NCBI GenBank assembly: GCA_003427395.1
Contig: BFEA01000027.1
Location: 1,172,170 to 1,236,147, forward strand
DNA: 63,978 nt
Direction: 5' to 3'
DNA from: Chara braunii
Taxonomy: Eukaryota; Plantae; Charophyceae
Made by a program: the position numbers and the translations under genes
Notes under the pieces: model-generated
The model's database searches: none
Seen by the model: only the letters and a program-made list of their open reading frames with translations
What the model was told of the DNA's origin: nothing
Shown: positions 36,694-47,810 of the stretch, piece after piece
Position numbering within the stretch: position 1 is the stretch's first letter
How the letters are laid out: the number at the start of each line of letters is the position of its first letter

Positions 36694-38710
36694 TGCACGG
36701 TTGATTGACACGTGTCACGGCGATGGCACGCACGATCTCCCCCCCTTGGACTGAAGAAAGCCCATCCTGAGGAATTATAGGAGACAACCACGTGTGCCAC
36801 CCTGGATGACGTCCACACTCTTATCGAACGGTAAGTGGCAACAAAGAAGGCTCCGCGTGTCAATCGATTAGAGAGATTGACACGTCTCATGATTCAAGCA
36901 AGTAGGAGCTTGCTTAAGATTGGAACCCCCTGGGCGTCACATATGTGACGAACCAATTTCTGTCCCGCACGATCTTCTGAGCGATGACAATGAGGGGTCC
37001 TAAGATGGGAAGGTTGGGCCAATTACGGGAGATCGGGATCGAAGGGAAATTGCATCGGTATCCTCGCTTTTTCGTCTTTTCTCTTTCGTCGCTTCTTTTT
37101 GGATGGTTGGGTTCAGGGCCGGGCAAGTCCCGAGATGGCCGATTGAGTGGCTGTCGCGCCGACAAAAGCGCGAATAATAATGTTTGACGTCACTTTTTTC
37201 TTGTTCTGTTATCGGGTTTTAGGCGCGGAGGTCGCGCGGGAATTTTGCTTCGTTCTTTTTGAATTTCTTTTTGGAATCTTGTCGAGCCCTTGACGGCTCT
37301 CGGAACTTCGGATTTTCTTTTCGGAATTTGTGCTTCTTTTTGCATTAGCTAGGGATTTGGGAATTTAGGAATTCGGGATTTCTTTTGCCGCGCGTTGTCT
37401 TTCATGCGCGCTTATTTTTGCGGCTGCAACGGAGCTCTGATTAGTCGGCGCCCTTAATCTCGCAAGTAACTGTAATTTTTGGGCTGGCGCCATTGTAACT
37501 GTATCTTTCTTCTTGAGCTTCGTCTTTCCCACTCTCTCTTTCCCTTTTGCTGTGCCTAGCTAGGCCTGCGGCCTGCATGCTCGGATCGATGCGTGGAGAG
37601 TGGCTACGTCCCCCATGCCGCGGTCTGGCCATGCAGAACGTAGGCGCTCCCTCTCCTAATCTCCTTTCTAAGTCCTTGCAATTTCGTGTTTTTCGCACAT
37701 GCATGCACGCTATAAATTCCAGTTGCGCGATTAGATAGCTCTCTTAACCAGTTGTTGGAAGCTTGGGGTAGCGCGATCAGTGAGGGTCGGCTCACGAGCG
37801 AAGTAAGAGGTGAGTTGAAGTGGGAGCCGGGCGACCCCAAATGCGCGGGGTTGACGCGTGGGGCTACGACGGACTATAGCGCGCGGGCGAACCTGATGGG
37901 TGCAGGAGGACTAAGCGGGGTGACGACTTCGTGGGTTGGTGCGTGACGACGGACTATCCGCATCAGAGAGAGAGAGAGAGAGAGGATGAGAGAGCTGAGG
38001 TTGATGGACGTGGATTTGCAATTTTCTTTGTCTTGTCTCCCTCTTTGCTTTTGTATATAAGTTTTGATCTCGGCTTAGGGCGATTTGCCCGTTTCCTTTG
38101 TTTTCGGAATCTTTGCCTCGGTTTCAGCCCACCCTTGTTTTGCGGTTGATCTTGATCTCATCTATCGTATGTTCTGATGAATAACTAGATGAATGAATGC
38201 CATGTCTGATGTTTTTCTTTTGTCTGGTCATTGCCTTGGCCTGTCATAAGCATGGTAGAAATTTCTGCATAGTCGTCTTTCTTGCCTCTATTATTGTTCA
38301 TCACTTTGATCCGCTGTTGTTCTAATGTTGCTATGATATCTGATGTATGACAATGCCTTGCATATTCGGGAATGATTGCTTGCGAGATTACAGAGTGATT
38401 AGATGATTGGGTAGTTGTTTACGACACATGGCGATTTTGCATAAGGAATTAGGCTCTCATTCTCCCAGAAACGAGCGAACACCCAGCGGGGACACACGGA
38501 AGCACGATTCGATCCGTGCAGCCTACACGTGTCCACACGCGCCGATTCGTGACCATCAACGAACTTGACATCTCTGGTATCGGATAGGCGGGAATTCCCC
38601 CCCCTCCTCCACACACACCTAAACGGATAGAAATTTCCGATATCACATCGGAAAAATCCCCTTGCCGGTTAGACGCGTGCGGAAGGCTTCCATTACGCGG
38701 CAATGATAAG

Positions 38711-39193
38711 ATGCCAAGCTCTTGGGACTCGGAGTACTTCGACGCTTGGGTGAGAGAAAGTATTAGGCAAAGATACCCGAAATTCCCCTGCCTAACCGAG
38801 AATCGATTGTGCCCTAGCGAGATTCACTGTGATGTAACCAGCGATCCAAGGTGCCTCGATTTTCCCACCACAGATAACACGCAATACTTCATATCCCCCG
38901 GCTTCGTCGTTATCACTACCAATTTCCCTCCCTTCCGTCTCCTCCTTTCGTATCACCAACTCACGGTGGTACCGTGGAATTCCATCGCCCCGTATTGGCT
39001 CCGCACGCCTTGCGGAAATTGCCGACGACGAGGCAACCGACGAGCCCCTGAAACTAGGGGGCCTAACCGAAACACGCGACGACAGACGCCACGTGTCTGC
39101 ACCCGAAGGTCTGACTCATCGAAATCACAACCATCCCGGGCGGGTCTCTCCCCGAACCGCCGCCATCAAAACAGACGGATCGGACGACCTTGA
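38711..39193 (+). CDS. LTR-encoded ORF of element B (intact in the 3' LTR; disrupted copy at 27895-28376)
   Basis: GFVVITTNFPPFRLLLSYHQLTVVPWNSIAPYW...CGNC motif is shared with A, C and D. Confidence 0.65.
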   Translation: MPSSWDSEYFDAWVRESIRQRYPKFPCLTENRLCPSEIHCDVTSDPRCLDFPTTDNTQYFISPGFVVITTNFPPFRLLLSYHQLTVVPWNSIAPYWLRTPCGNCRRRGNRRAPETRGPNRNTRRQTPRVCTRRSDSSKSQPSRAGLSPNRRHQNRRIGRP

Positions 39194-39629
39194 ATACACC
39201 ACGCATGCCATCTGCCTTATGCTGCACGACCTCGACTGCCATCAGACCAGAGGTAACTCGCCCCTTTAGCTCTATTACATTTATGCCCCTGAAACCTTGC
39301 TACAGGAGATCTCCGTTCCCACCTGGGACTCCACCCCCACTTTTCCCAAAAATCCTTGGCACACCCCTTTTCGCACTTCCAGGCCCACATCTCACTCCGA
39401 TCAGGAAGTCGCACCGGGCGTGAGCTTGGGCGTCACAAGGCACGGCTGGACACACACTCCCCTAGCTTGACGCATGGTACTATTACAGACACTGCCTGCA
39501 CACCACCCGGGGGTCAGTCCATGGGTGTTGTATGCTGGCCTAGACTTCACGTTGGATGCTGGTTGTTGTTGGCTTTGGTCGCTCTGACAATCTCCCCCAG
39601 CCCGGACATTACACACATTATATCCACTT

Positions 39630-39700
39630 CCCACGGTGGTACATGTGGTAAAACTCTCCAATTTCATACTGTAGGTCACAAGTTCGAGTCCGGTTCCGGA
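39630..39700 (+). other. Degenerate tRNA-like A/B-box sequence
   Basis: GGTGGTACATGTGGTAAAAC ... AAGTTCGAGTCC with tRNA-like spacing. Confidence 0.4.
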
Positions 39701-40101
39701 CTTTGGGGGGGGTCCTGTCCAGATAGGCCTGTCTCTACCACATACACCCACACACAGGGATACCACTTCAGATAGCACAACCATGATACATATTCTATCA
39801 ATACCATACACACATACTATACACACACACATAGCTCAAGCTACACACAAACACATGTACTACTGGAGGTCATAAGAGCACCTCTCACCAATACTCAGTA
39901 CTCACCTCGCAGATGCTCCATGGTGGGGAGCAGTGTTTGTCGGGTCCACATATAGATTACGAAAAGATGCAGAGTACATACACATATACACAACCATAGG
40001 GCTGGGAGAAGGTCACGATCAACTAATAATGATGATAGTCGTCCGATGATAAGCATCCCCCTTAATATCAGCTAGATCTGTGGTGGGTGACTAGAGGGCG
40101 T

Positions 40102-40147
40102 TGTGACACCCAACTTCACGTCCGGCGCGACTTCCTGATCGGAGTGG
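40102..40147 (-). mobile_element. Right end of another B-family element (E), interrupted by element C
   Basis: Reverse complement CCACTCCGATCAGGAAGTCGCGCCGGACGTGAAGTTGGGTGTCACA matches 39392-39437. Confidence 0.85.
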
Positions 40148-42107
40148 TGTGACGAACCACTTTCTGTTTCGCGCGAATTTTTGTGCGATGACAATGAGGG
40201 GTCCCGAGATGGGAAGGTTGGGCAAATTGCGGGAGGAGGGGTCGGCGAGTAAATTGCGTCAGTGTCCTTGCTTTTTTCTTTTCCTTCGCTTCGCTACTCC
40301 CCTTTCGATGGTGATGGGACAGGCCTGGGACAGACGGTTGAGTGTGCGCGCCCCATTGGGCGTGATCAATAACGATTGGCGATAATTATTTCTTGCTCTG
40401 CTAGGAATAAAAGGAGGGAACTGAGATTTTGGCGCGACGATCGCGCGGGAGCTTTTCGGGTTTGTTTTTAAAATTTTCCTTTCAACTAAGAACGAGCCCC
40501 GAGGGCTCTCGGAATTTTTGATTTCCTTGTCTCACCGGAATTTTTCTGTTGCAATTTTGAGTTCAGATAGGAATTTAGGACTTTTTGAATTTCTTGCCGA
40601 GCGGCGCCTCTTTCTTGCGCATATATTCCTGCGGGGGGAACGAAGTTATGACTAAGCGGCGTCCTTAATCTTGCATGCAACTGTAATCGATGGGCGGGCG
40701 CCATTGTAACTGTATCTTTCTTCTTGTTCCTTCGCATTCTTCCCGCCCTTTTTCCCTTCTTTTTGCTGCATCTGATTGGCCTGAGCGCTGCATGCCTAGA
40801 TCGATGCGTGGAGAGTGGCTACGTCCCCCACGCCGCGATCTGGTCATGCCAAGCGTAGGCACTTCCTTCTCTGCTCCTCTTTTCAAATCCCTGCAATCTC
40901 ACATCTTCGCGCACGCATGCATGCGATAAATTTCATCAGCGTGATTAGAAAGCTCTCTAAAAATTTTGGAAGCTCGAGGTTAGCGCGATCAATGAGGGTC
41001 GGCTAATGAGCGAAGTAAGAGGTGAGTTGACGTGGGAGTTGGGCGACCCGACGAGCTGGTGCCAAGGGCGCGGGGTTGACGTGTAGGCCACGACGGACTG
41101 TGGCGCACGGGCGAACCTGACAGGCACATGCGGACTAAGCGGGGTGACAACTTCGTTGGTGGGTGCGAGACAACGGACTGTCCGCATCGGAAAGAGAGAG
41201 AGAGGGGAAACAGGCGGATATGGAATTGCAATCTTCTGTCTTTTCTCAGTCCTTGTGTATGAAATTTTGGCTCTGGGCGAGGCGCCCTTGTTTTGCATTT
41301 TTGACATTTCTTTCGGCTTTGTGTGATGTGCGGCTCAATCTCCGTCCTCCCTATTTCGTTTTTGCATCCGCTTGATGAGATGGGTTTGATGATCTTGTAA
41401 TGCTTGAATACCCGATGTTTTGCGTGTCATCCTGAATCATCCAGCGCTTGCAGCACTGATCTATTCTCACTCGGATGATTGGTAGGTGAAAGGAGTTTGA
41501 TACTGTTACGGTGCTTCGATGTATGTCTGGATGGTGATGAGATATTCTCCTAATGGCCACATAACTGCTTTTTGGTCGAACAAAATTGTCTGAAGGATTG
41601 TTGCATGAACCTTCTTCTGCACAGGTGATTGGCTAATGGATCAACCCACAGTGGACCAACCCCGCGAGTCCCCGTGTAAGTGCGATCTGACGAGCACGAC
41701 TTACACGCGCCCCCACGAGGACGGCCCGCAACCCCGAATAATCTTAGCACGACAGATCTCGACGCGAATGATGGAATCCCTATCTACGGTACGGGTCAGG
41801 ACGAATTGCGGTCCCGACGCCCTCAGACATTCGGGGATCGCTGAGTGTATAGGCTTTGTGCAAGACCGAAACGGAACGAGATTGATAGTCTGAGGGAATT
41901 AGTTGCATGACTGAGCCGGTACGCTGACAGATCGCTCCCCTGGTTATTTGCGCAGATCAGGATCTGGTCCGCTGGCCCTTGCGCACGCACGTGTAAGACA
42001 GCGGTCGTCCGCAGACGTGCCATCTATACGTGCGCCCGCAAAAGCCAGCCACGATCTCGCCCCGTAGGAAGATGTGTATGCAGGAATTCGGTTGAACGAG
42101 ACATGCA

Positions 42108-42686
42108 GTGGCGATAGATTCTCCTTTCTGGATCACCGATCGCGAAAGCCTGAGGGACCCAGAATACCGAGCGTATTGGGAGAGGGAACAGATCCGTCGG
42201 CAGCGAATCCGACAACATCGCCACCTTCGGAACCCTGGGTATCTTGAGTACCCCTGCCGGACTGAAAACAAGCGACTGTGCAGGGGCGACTTCCAGCTGG
42301 CAATCAACCGAGACTCGCGGATTCCCGGTTATCCCGACACCCGAAACCAGCAATATCTTCTAACCCAAGGCTTCGTTGCCATTACCACTGACTTCCTTCC
42401 CTACTATACCGTCCTCCCCTACCACCGGTTCCTCGTGGTCCCCTGGGATTCCATAGCCCGGTTCTGGCCCTGTCCGTCGTGCTCGGAGTGTCGGCAGCCC
42501 GACGAGCATCGGCAGGTGATGATCGTGCAACGAGCTCATCTCAGGGCCGAGCGACGAGAACCCAGCTCGTCTTCGTCGGACCCCGAGACGTGCGACGGTC
42601 GGCAGCGGTACGAGCACTCCCACAGAGACACCCGTAGCAACCCACCCCGGCCCAGGCAACACAATCTGGCATCAACCCAACTCTGA
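42108..42686 (+). CDS. LTR-encoded ORF of element C; start uncertain
   Basis: GFVAITTDFLPYYTVLPYHRFLVVPWDSIARFW...CSEC. Confidence 0.6.
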   Translation: MAIDSPFWITDRESLRDPEYRAYWEREQIRRQRIRQHRHLRNPGYLEYPCRTENKRLCRGDFQLAINRDSRIPGYPDTRNQQYLLTQGFVAITTDFLPYYTVLPYHRFLVVPWDSIARFWPCPSCSECRQPDEHRQVMIVQRAHLRAERREPSSSSSDPETCDGRQRYEHSHRDTRSNPPRPRQHNLASTQL

Positions 42687-43004
42687 GCCAGAAGACACTT
42701 GCACTCCTACCCCTGAAACTTGCCACAGAAGATCTCAGTTTCGACCTGGGACTCCACCACAAATCCCCAAAAATCCTTGACACACCCCTTTTTCGCACTT
42801 CCGGGCCCCCATCCCACTCCGATTAGGAAGTCGCGCTGGGCGTGAGGTTGGTATCGGAGCCGACACGTGGCGAACTCACAGGGAGGTAAGCAGGATAGAC
42901 GTTCAGACGATCTGGCGAATAGAGGATGACCCAGACAGCGGAACGCGCCTCGACACGATCCTATGGTACTTAGGAGTCGATCGGCCGGAAGACAGACCGT
43001 CAAC

Positions 43005-44937
43005 ATGAGCGTCAATCAAGCGCTAAACGTTAATGTACAGTTGGGCGGGGCACCTGTCCCCGCACCACCCGTCCGAGTTCGCACACATGCAGCTCCCCCT
43101 TATTTGTATCTCTTCGACTCTGCGCATCACCTAGCCGGGGCATGGCTGGCCACCTTACGGGCTCAACAGTACGATAACGATGAAGCCCGGATCAACATCC
43201 CCGCCCGATTGGGAGGAGACACGCACCATTGGTTTAGTACCTACGCCTGGATCGATCTCCCGACCTTCGAGAGAGACTTCCTAAATTGGTTCGACTACAT
43301 CCACCCCAAACAAGCTTTCTTTATGATCAAAGATCGTGTGCAGAAACCTCTTGAATCCGTTACCGAATATCGTAGTAGGTTCTATAGGCTGTTTGTCAAG
43401 TCAGAGAGAGACGAAAAGGTAGGTAGAGACTTGTTTATCGATGGGCTTTGAAGTCGGGCGATGAGGGCAAAAGTACGAAAGCAGTTCTCCCCCATCAACC
43501 ATACCATGCAGCAGATTCTGGACGGAGCCGAGGAGATGGAAAGAAAGTTCGCCGCCAGCTTCTTAGAAAGCGAAGATCACGCCAAGGAGGGAGACTCCTC
43601 GCAGCTGGCCCGGGCGAAAGCTGAGCTGGCAGCGCTTCAGAACAAATTAAAAAATATGGGTTTCGTCTCCGAACCTGTCACCTACCTAGAACAGGTCGCG
43701 GCCAAAAGGCCGATACCCGATACAGTCGCAGGACTACCCACAGCGATCACACCCTCGCCTCCCCCAAGCATCCCCGCAAAGCCTAACGAATCGAATGCCA
43801 TATTAGAATTAACTCGAACGTTAGTTTATTTGATGCAGGAAAGTAAGAAGGAGCAGTGTGAGCACAATGCACGAATTGAATCGATGATGAGGTCGATGCG
43901 CCCCATTACCATTAGGGCAGCCCCAGGAATGCCAGGAGCAGCCCCTGCCCCAGCAATAGGAGGGGCAGCAGCCAACACAAGTGTTTGTTACACGTGTCAC
44001 TAGCCAGGACATATAGCCCGGGACTGCCCCCACTGACCTGCACAACCCAGGATCGAAGCCGCGCCAGTGGCAGCGGCCCTGATTGCTAATGGACCCGGTC
44101 GAGTGGCTACGATGGTGGAAGAAATAGACAATGGTGTGAAAGACGATAACTTTATACGAATCCGGACTCTTCCATGGAAATCCGCCGAATGCGACGTGGA
44201 AGTTTGGGGAAACCCCTATAGCGCGGTCCTTGATTCCGGAGCCGCGGTCCTGGCCATCTCCTTGCGAGTAGTCGAACGGGCCGGCAGGCGAAAGGATGTG
44301 ATCCCATTCACGGAAGGCGATCATTTCGTCTCCGCTGACCAAGGCAAGATCCGAGTCATAGGGAGGATGGCGAATGTAGCCTTCCGCATCGGTAAGGTCA
44401 ATGCCTTAGGTGACATGGTGGTCCTAAACGTGAACATGTACGACCCTTACCGCGTTGCGAGCCACGCAGGATTTCAAACGACGAGCCGTTATCCTCAACA
44501 ACACAGGAGGAAGTCCATACACTATTCCGATGCATCTCACTCTTAGGGTAGCCTCGATGGTCGAGCGACAACGACAGGAACCTGGCACGGTTCTGCGAAT
44601 GATACGATGGGAAGAATCCACGGACGACTCCGACACTGAAGAAAACGAGGCTTCCTTGCCATCCATCACCACCGAAAGCGAGGAAGAGAACGACCCGCAG
44701 ATTCTCGAACTAGCACGACGGATAATCCATTACCCGGTTCGACCGAAAACAACGAAGACGTTCGTATTTAGCAACGAGGCAGCCCGACGAACTCGGGCCC
44801 TTATCCTAGGAGAACCACCGGTATAGGTGTCACGGATGCCCGATTCTTTGGAACCCCCTCGGACCCTATACGAGGGAGCTGCCCCACTGCTACCACGATA
44901 TCTGGACAAACGGTCGTTTTGTGATGTTACGGGCATA
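43005..44937 (+). pseudogene. gag: Element C gag-protease
   Basis: Aligns to B gag; CYTCH*PGHIARDC; VLDSGAAV. Confidence 0.9.
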
Positions 44938-44939
44938 CC

Positions 44940-46109
44940 TCGAAGAGGAAGACGGAATGGGGTTTTCAGAAGGAGGGAGGGGACGAAGGTAGGAGGTATG
45001 GCGGACAACGGGAAGAGAGCTATGGCTGGCGCTGGCCTCAGGCGCGATGCGGACCGTGTTGGCTCCGTTAGGACCGAGTTCCACTACGAGAAAACAGCCA
45101 GAGAACTTGGGAGCGAGTTTCCGGTCGCGTGCACATTTACGTACCTGCACCAGATCCCCTGGTTTATATTGGTGTTGCGGGTCTGCATTCCCGTTCCGGG
45201 CCTCGTAGCTACGGACTTGTCTACCGTGGGCCAGTTCGGTCATTTTCTGTCTTTCCGGGCTAGGTTAGGGATAACCCTTTCCATTAAATCTGCATATCGC
45301 TTAGCCTTGGCTTTAAGGGCCGCACGCGTGTCCCTGCCCCCTTTTTCGACAATTCTCGAGATACCCCGATTATCGACACATGGAATGTTATTGGTCCGAA
45401 GCTGAAAGGGGGTGAATCCAGTGGACTCATGGGGGGTCGCTCGATGGATCCCGATGATTTGATAGACAATCTCGAGCCAAGGACGCGTGTCATTAGTCGC
45501 TAAATTCTTGCGGAGAGCGGTCTTAATCATGCGGTTCGCATTTTCGGCCAACCCGTTCGACTGGGAGACATGGGGAGCAGTGTGTCGGAGAGTAACGCCA
45601 CGATGCATCAGTAATTCCTCGACCTCAACTTTGAATTCATACCCATTATCGGTTAGAATTTCCTCTGTATCTAGATGGTTATTGAGGAATCGGTCAATGT
45701 ATGTAGCTATCTCTGAGGCCTTACGGGTCTTACAGGGGTAGACTTCGATATATTTCGAAAAATGGTTGATCAACACCAAAAGAACGGAATATTCACAACG
45801 GTTGGGGCCAGGTGGCACGTCGATATTTGTTGCGTCCATACTGACTCGCTGGAAAGGGCGTTCCAAGTGATCTTTTTCCGTGTAAGAGATAGCAGCGACC
45901 CACGCAGTTTCAGATGCGTCAGGTTCGGTCGTAGAGGGAGAGGTTGTCTCAGCCTCGTCATCCTTCTTCTTTAGCATTCGCTGAACGCGTTGATACGTGA
46001 AGTGTTTTTGATTCTTCCGACACTGCATAAGTTTATCATTTGCTACCTCTGATATGGTTACCAAGTGTTCTACTGGGACAGGAACTCGGATATCCGACTG
46101 CTTGAGCAC
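44940..46109 (-). pseudogene. Element D post-gag linker fused in frame to integrase core
   Basis: ..YTEKDH|LERPFQRVSMD..LTDNG..NGLAENAN..YKPGDLVQVRK. Confidence 0.85.
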
Positions 46110-46178
46110 CTGTAGAACACCAATTTCTCCCGTTCGAAACTGCGGTCCGGGTTCTGATCCTCGCTCGACCCATTCGAG

Positions 46179-47449
46179 CTAATCTTTGCCAGGTCGGATT
46201 GCTCCCATCAATCCTGCCAAATGAAGATACTCTGCAGGATCAACGACATCAGCTGCTTCGGAAGATGATCCCGAAGTGGACGCGATGGGGTCGGTCGAAG
46301 ACGGCTGTTCGGTAGAGAAGGAGAAGGCTTCTCTATCCTTTGTTGCTTCCAACACTGCGGCCACCCGACCTTGATTCAGGGCCACAGGCGCAGCTGCTGG
46401 CGGGGGTTGATTACGCTTTGGCTGAGGGCATTCACGGGCAAAGTGTCCAGGTTGTTTACAATTGTAACATTCAATCCTCCCTACTGGATTGACCGCATGA
46501 GGGGGAGCAGGGGGCGCTGGTCCACATACAGGAGGAGCGGTCAACAGAGGGTACGAAGCAGGAACGGGGCGGGAAGGGTTAGAATTAGCTTTCATTAGTT
46601 TCGTCATGATCTGTTCCAACCGATCCATCTGAGAAGCCTGCATCTGAATCAGATTATTCATCCACTCAAACTGTTTAGCTGTAGCAGTATGAATCATCTG
46701 GGCTAGATGCATGTTAGTAATAGGCACTGAGGTAGCATCCTAGGTCATTACGGTATTCACGGGTGCCATTTTTGGAGAAAGAGAAGGCCTCGAGGGAGGC
46801 AGGGGATGAGAGATCCGGAGTGGGCCCGTCTTGATCAGGGCGAGGGTAAAATCGTCCCACCGCTCTGAGCCACAAGCGCCGCTTAGCAGCCACATCTTGC
46901 ATCGTGTCCGAGATGTCTTCATCCCCCTGACTGATACTTGCGCGTATCCAGCAGATCTAGTTCAAGCGCTTGAGCTATGATAACGGGTAGCTGGTTCGTC
47001 TTTGGAGAAACTTTTTTCTGCAGCTTCGCTTTCAACACTGGATTGCGGAGATGATCGATGAACAAGTCTCGAGCAGCATTTTCTTCCCGCCCAGATTTAT
47101 CTAATGCAGTTTGAAACCGATCCACAAAGTCGGCCAGCAGTTCTCCGGGTTCCTGTGGTCGGGTTTTTAGTACGAACCACGCGGCATCTTCGCTGACTTC
47201 GTCGAATCTCGCTAGGAACGCCCTCTTGAACATATCCCAATCTACCCACCTATGCCTTCTAAACCAATCGTGAGCAGTGTTTCGAAGTAGCAGGGAAATG
47301 ACGCGAGGGAGATCCTCTGCACCATACCCCTGAGCTTGCACGGCTTGGAGCCATGCCTCGGGATGAGTATAGTTGGGGTAGAACGGGAAGGTAGCGGGGA
47401 TGCTTACCATCACCCGGGGAGGTGCTCCATTAGCGTCGGGCATGGGCAT
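46179..47449 (-). pseudogene. gag: Element D gag (frameshifted)
   Basis: AHDWF..WDMFKRAFLARF; zinc knuckle. Confidence 0.85.
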
Positions 47450-47810
47450 TTCTAGTCGAGCTTCGGCGGACCTCTGTCGAGTGACGGGAGGACTAAGACG
47501 GTAAGATCGGTTAGATGATCTTCCTCTCGCCAGTTCGTCTTACTCTCGTCAGAACCGACACGTGTCGGCTCCGATACCAACCTCACGCCCTGTGCTGTCT
47601 TCCGTTCGAAGTGTTTAAAATTTCGGAAGTGGCCCCGGAAAGGCAGCAAGATGAGGTGTGCCAAGGATTTTTGGAAGATTGAGTGCGGGGACACAGACAG
47701 AACCGAAATCCCCAGTGCCGGTCCGACTTAGTAAGAAGGGGGGAGAGTCCGTCACTGCGCGGGTTCTGAGGGAGAAGAAGGCGCGCGTGGGACTCATGGC
47801 GTGAGGAAAT

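Larger units (their letters stand above)
26791..39437 (+). mobile_element. Full-length, decayed Ty3/Gypsy-like LTR retrotransposon B
   Basis: LTRs 26791-28609 and 36944-39426 (about 6 differences in the first ~120 nt), termini TGTGACG...CGTCACA, PBS at 28610, domain order gag-PR-RT-RH-IN. Confidence 0.95.
40148..44937 (+). mobile_element. Ty3/Gypsy-like element C, 5' portion (LTR 40148-42848, PBS 42849-42861, gag-protease)
   Basis: Starts TGTGACGAACC like B; same PBS; gag and protease are homologous to B; truncated before RT. Confidence 0.9.

Noticed and set aside
36921-36930. TGGAACCCCC as a second tRNA PBS
   Set aside because: It would need a tRNA ending GGGGGUUCCA, which I cannot match to a typical tRNA 3' end.
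26791-39437. Classification as DIRS/Ngaro because of the split repeats
   Set aside because: The element has an aspartic protease, an HHCC plus DDE integrase and a tRNA PBS; no tyrosine recombinase motif was seen.
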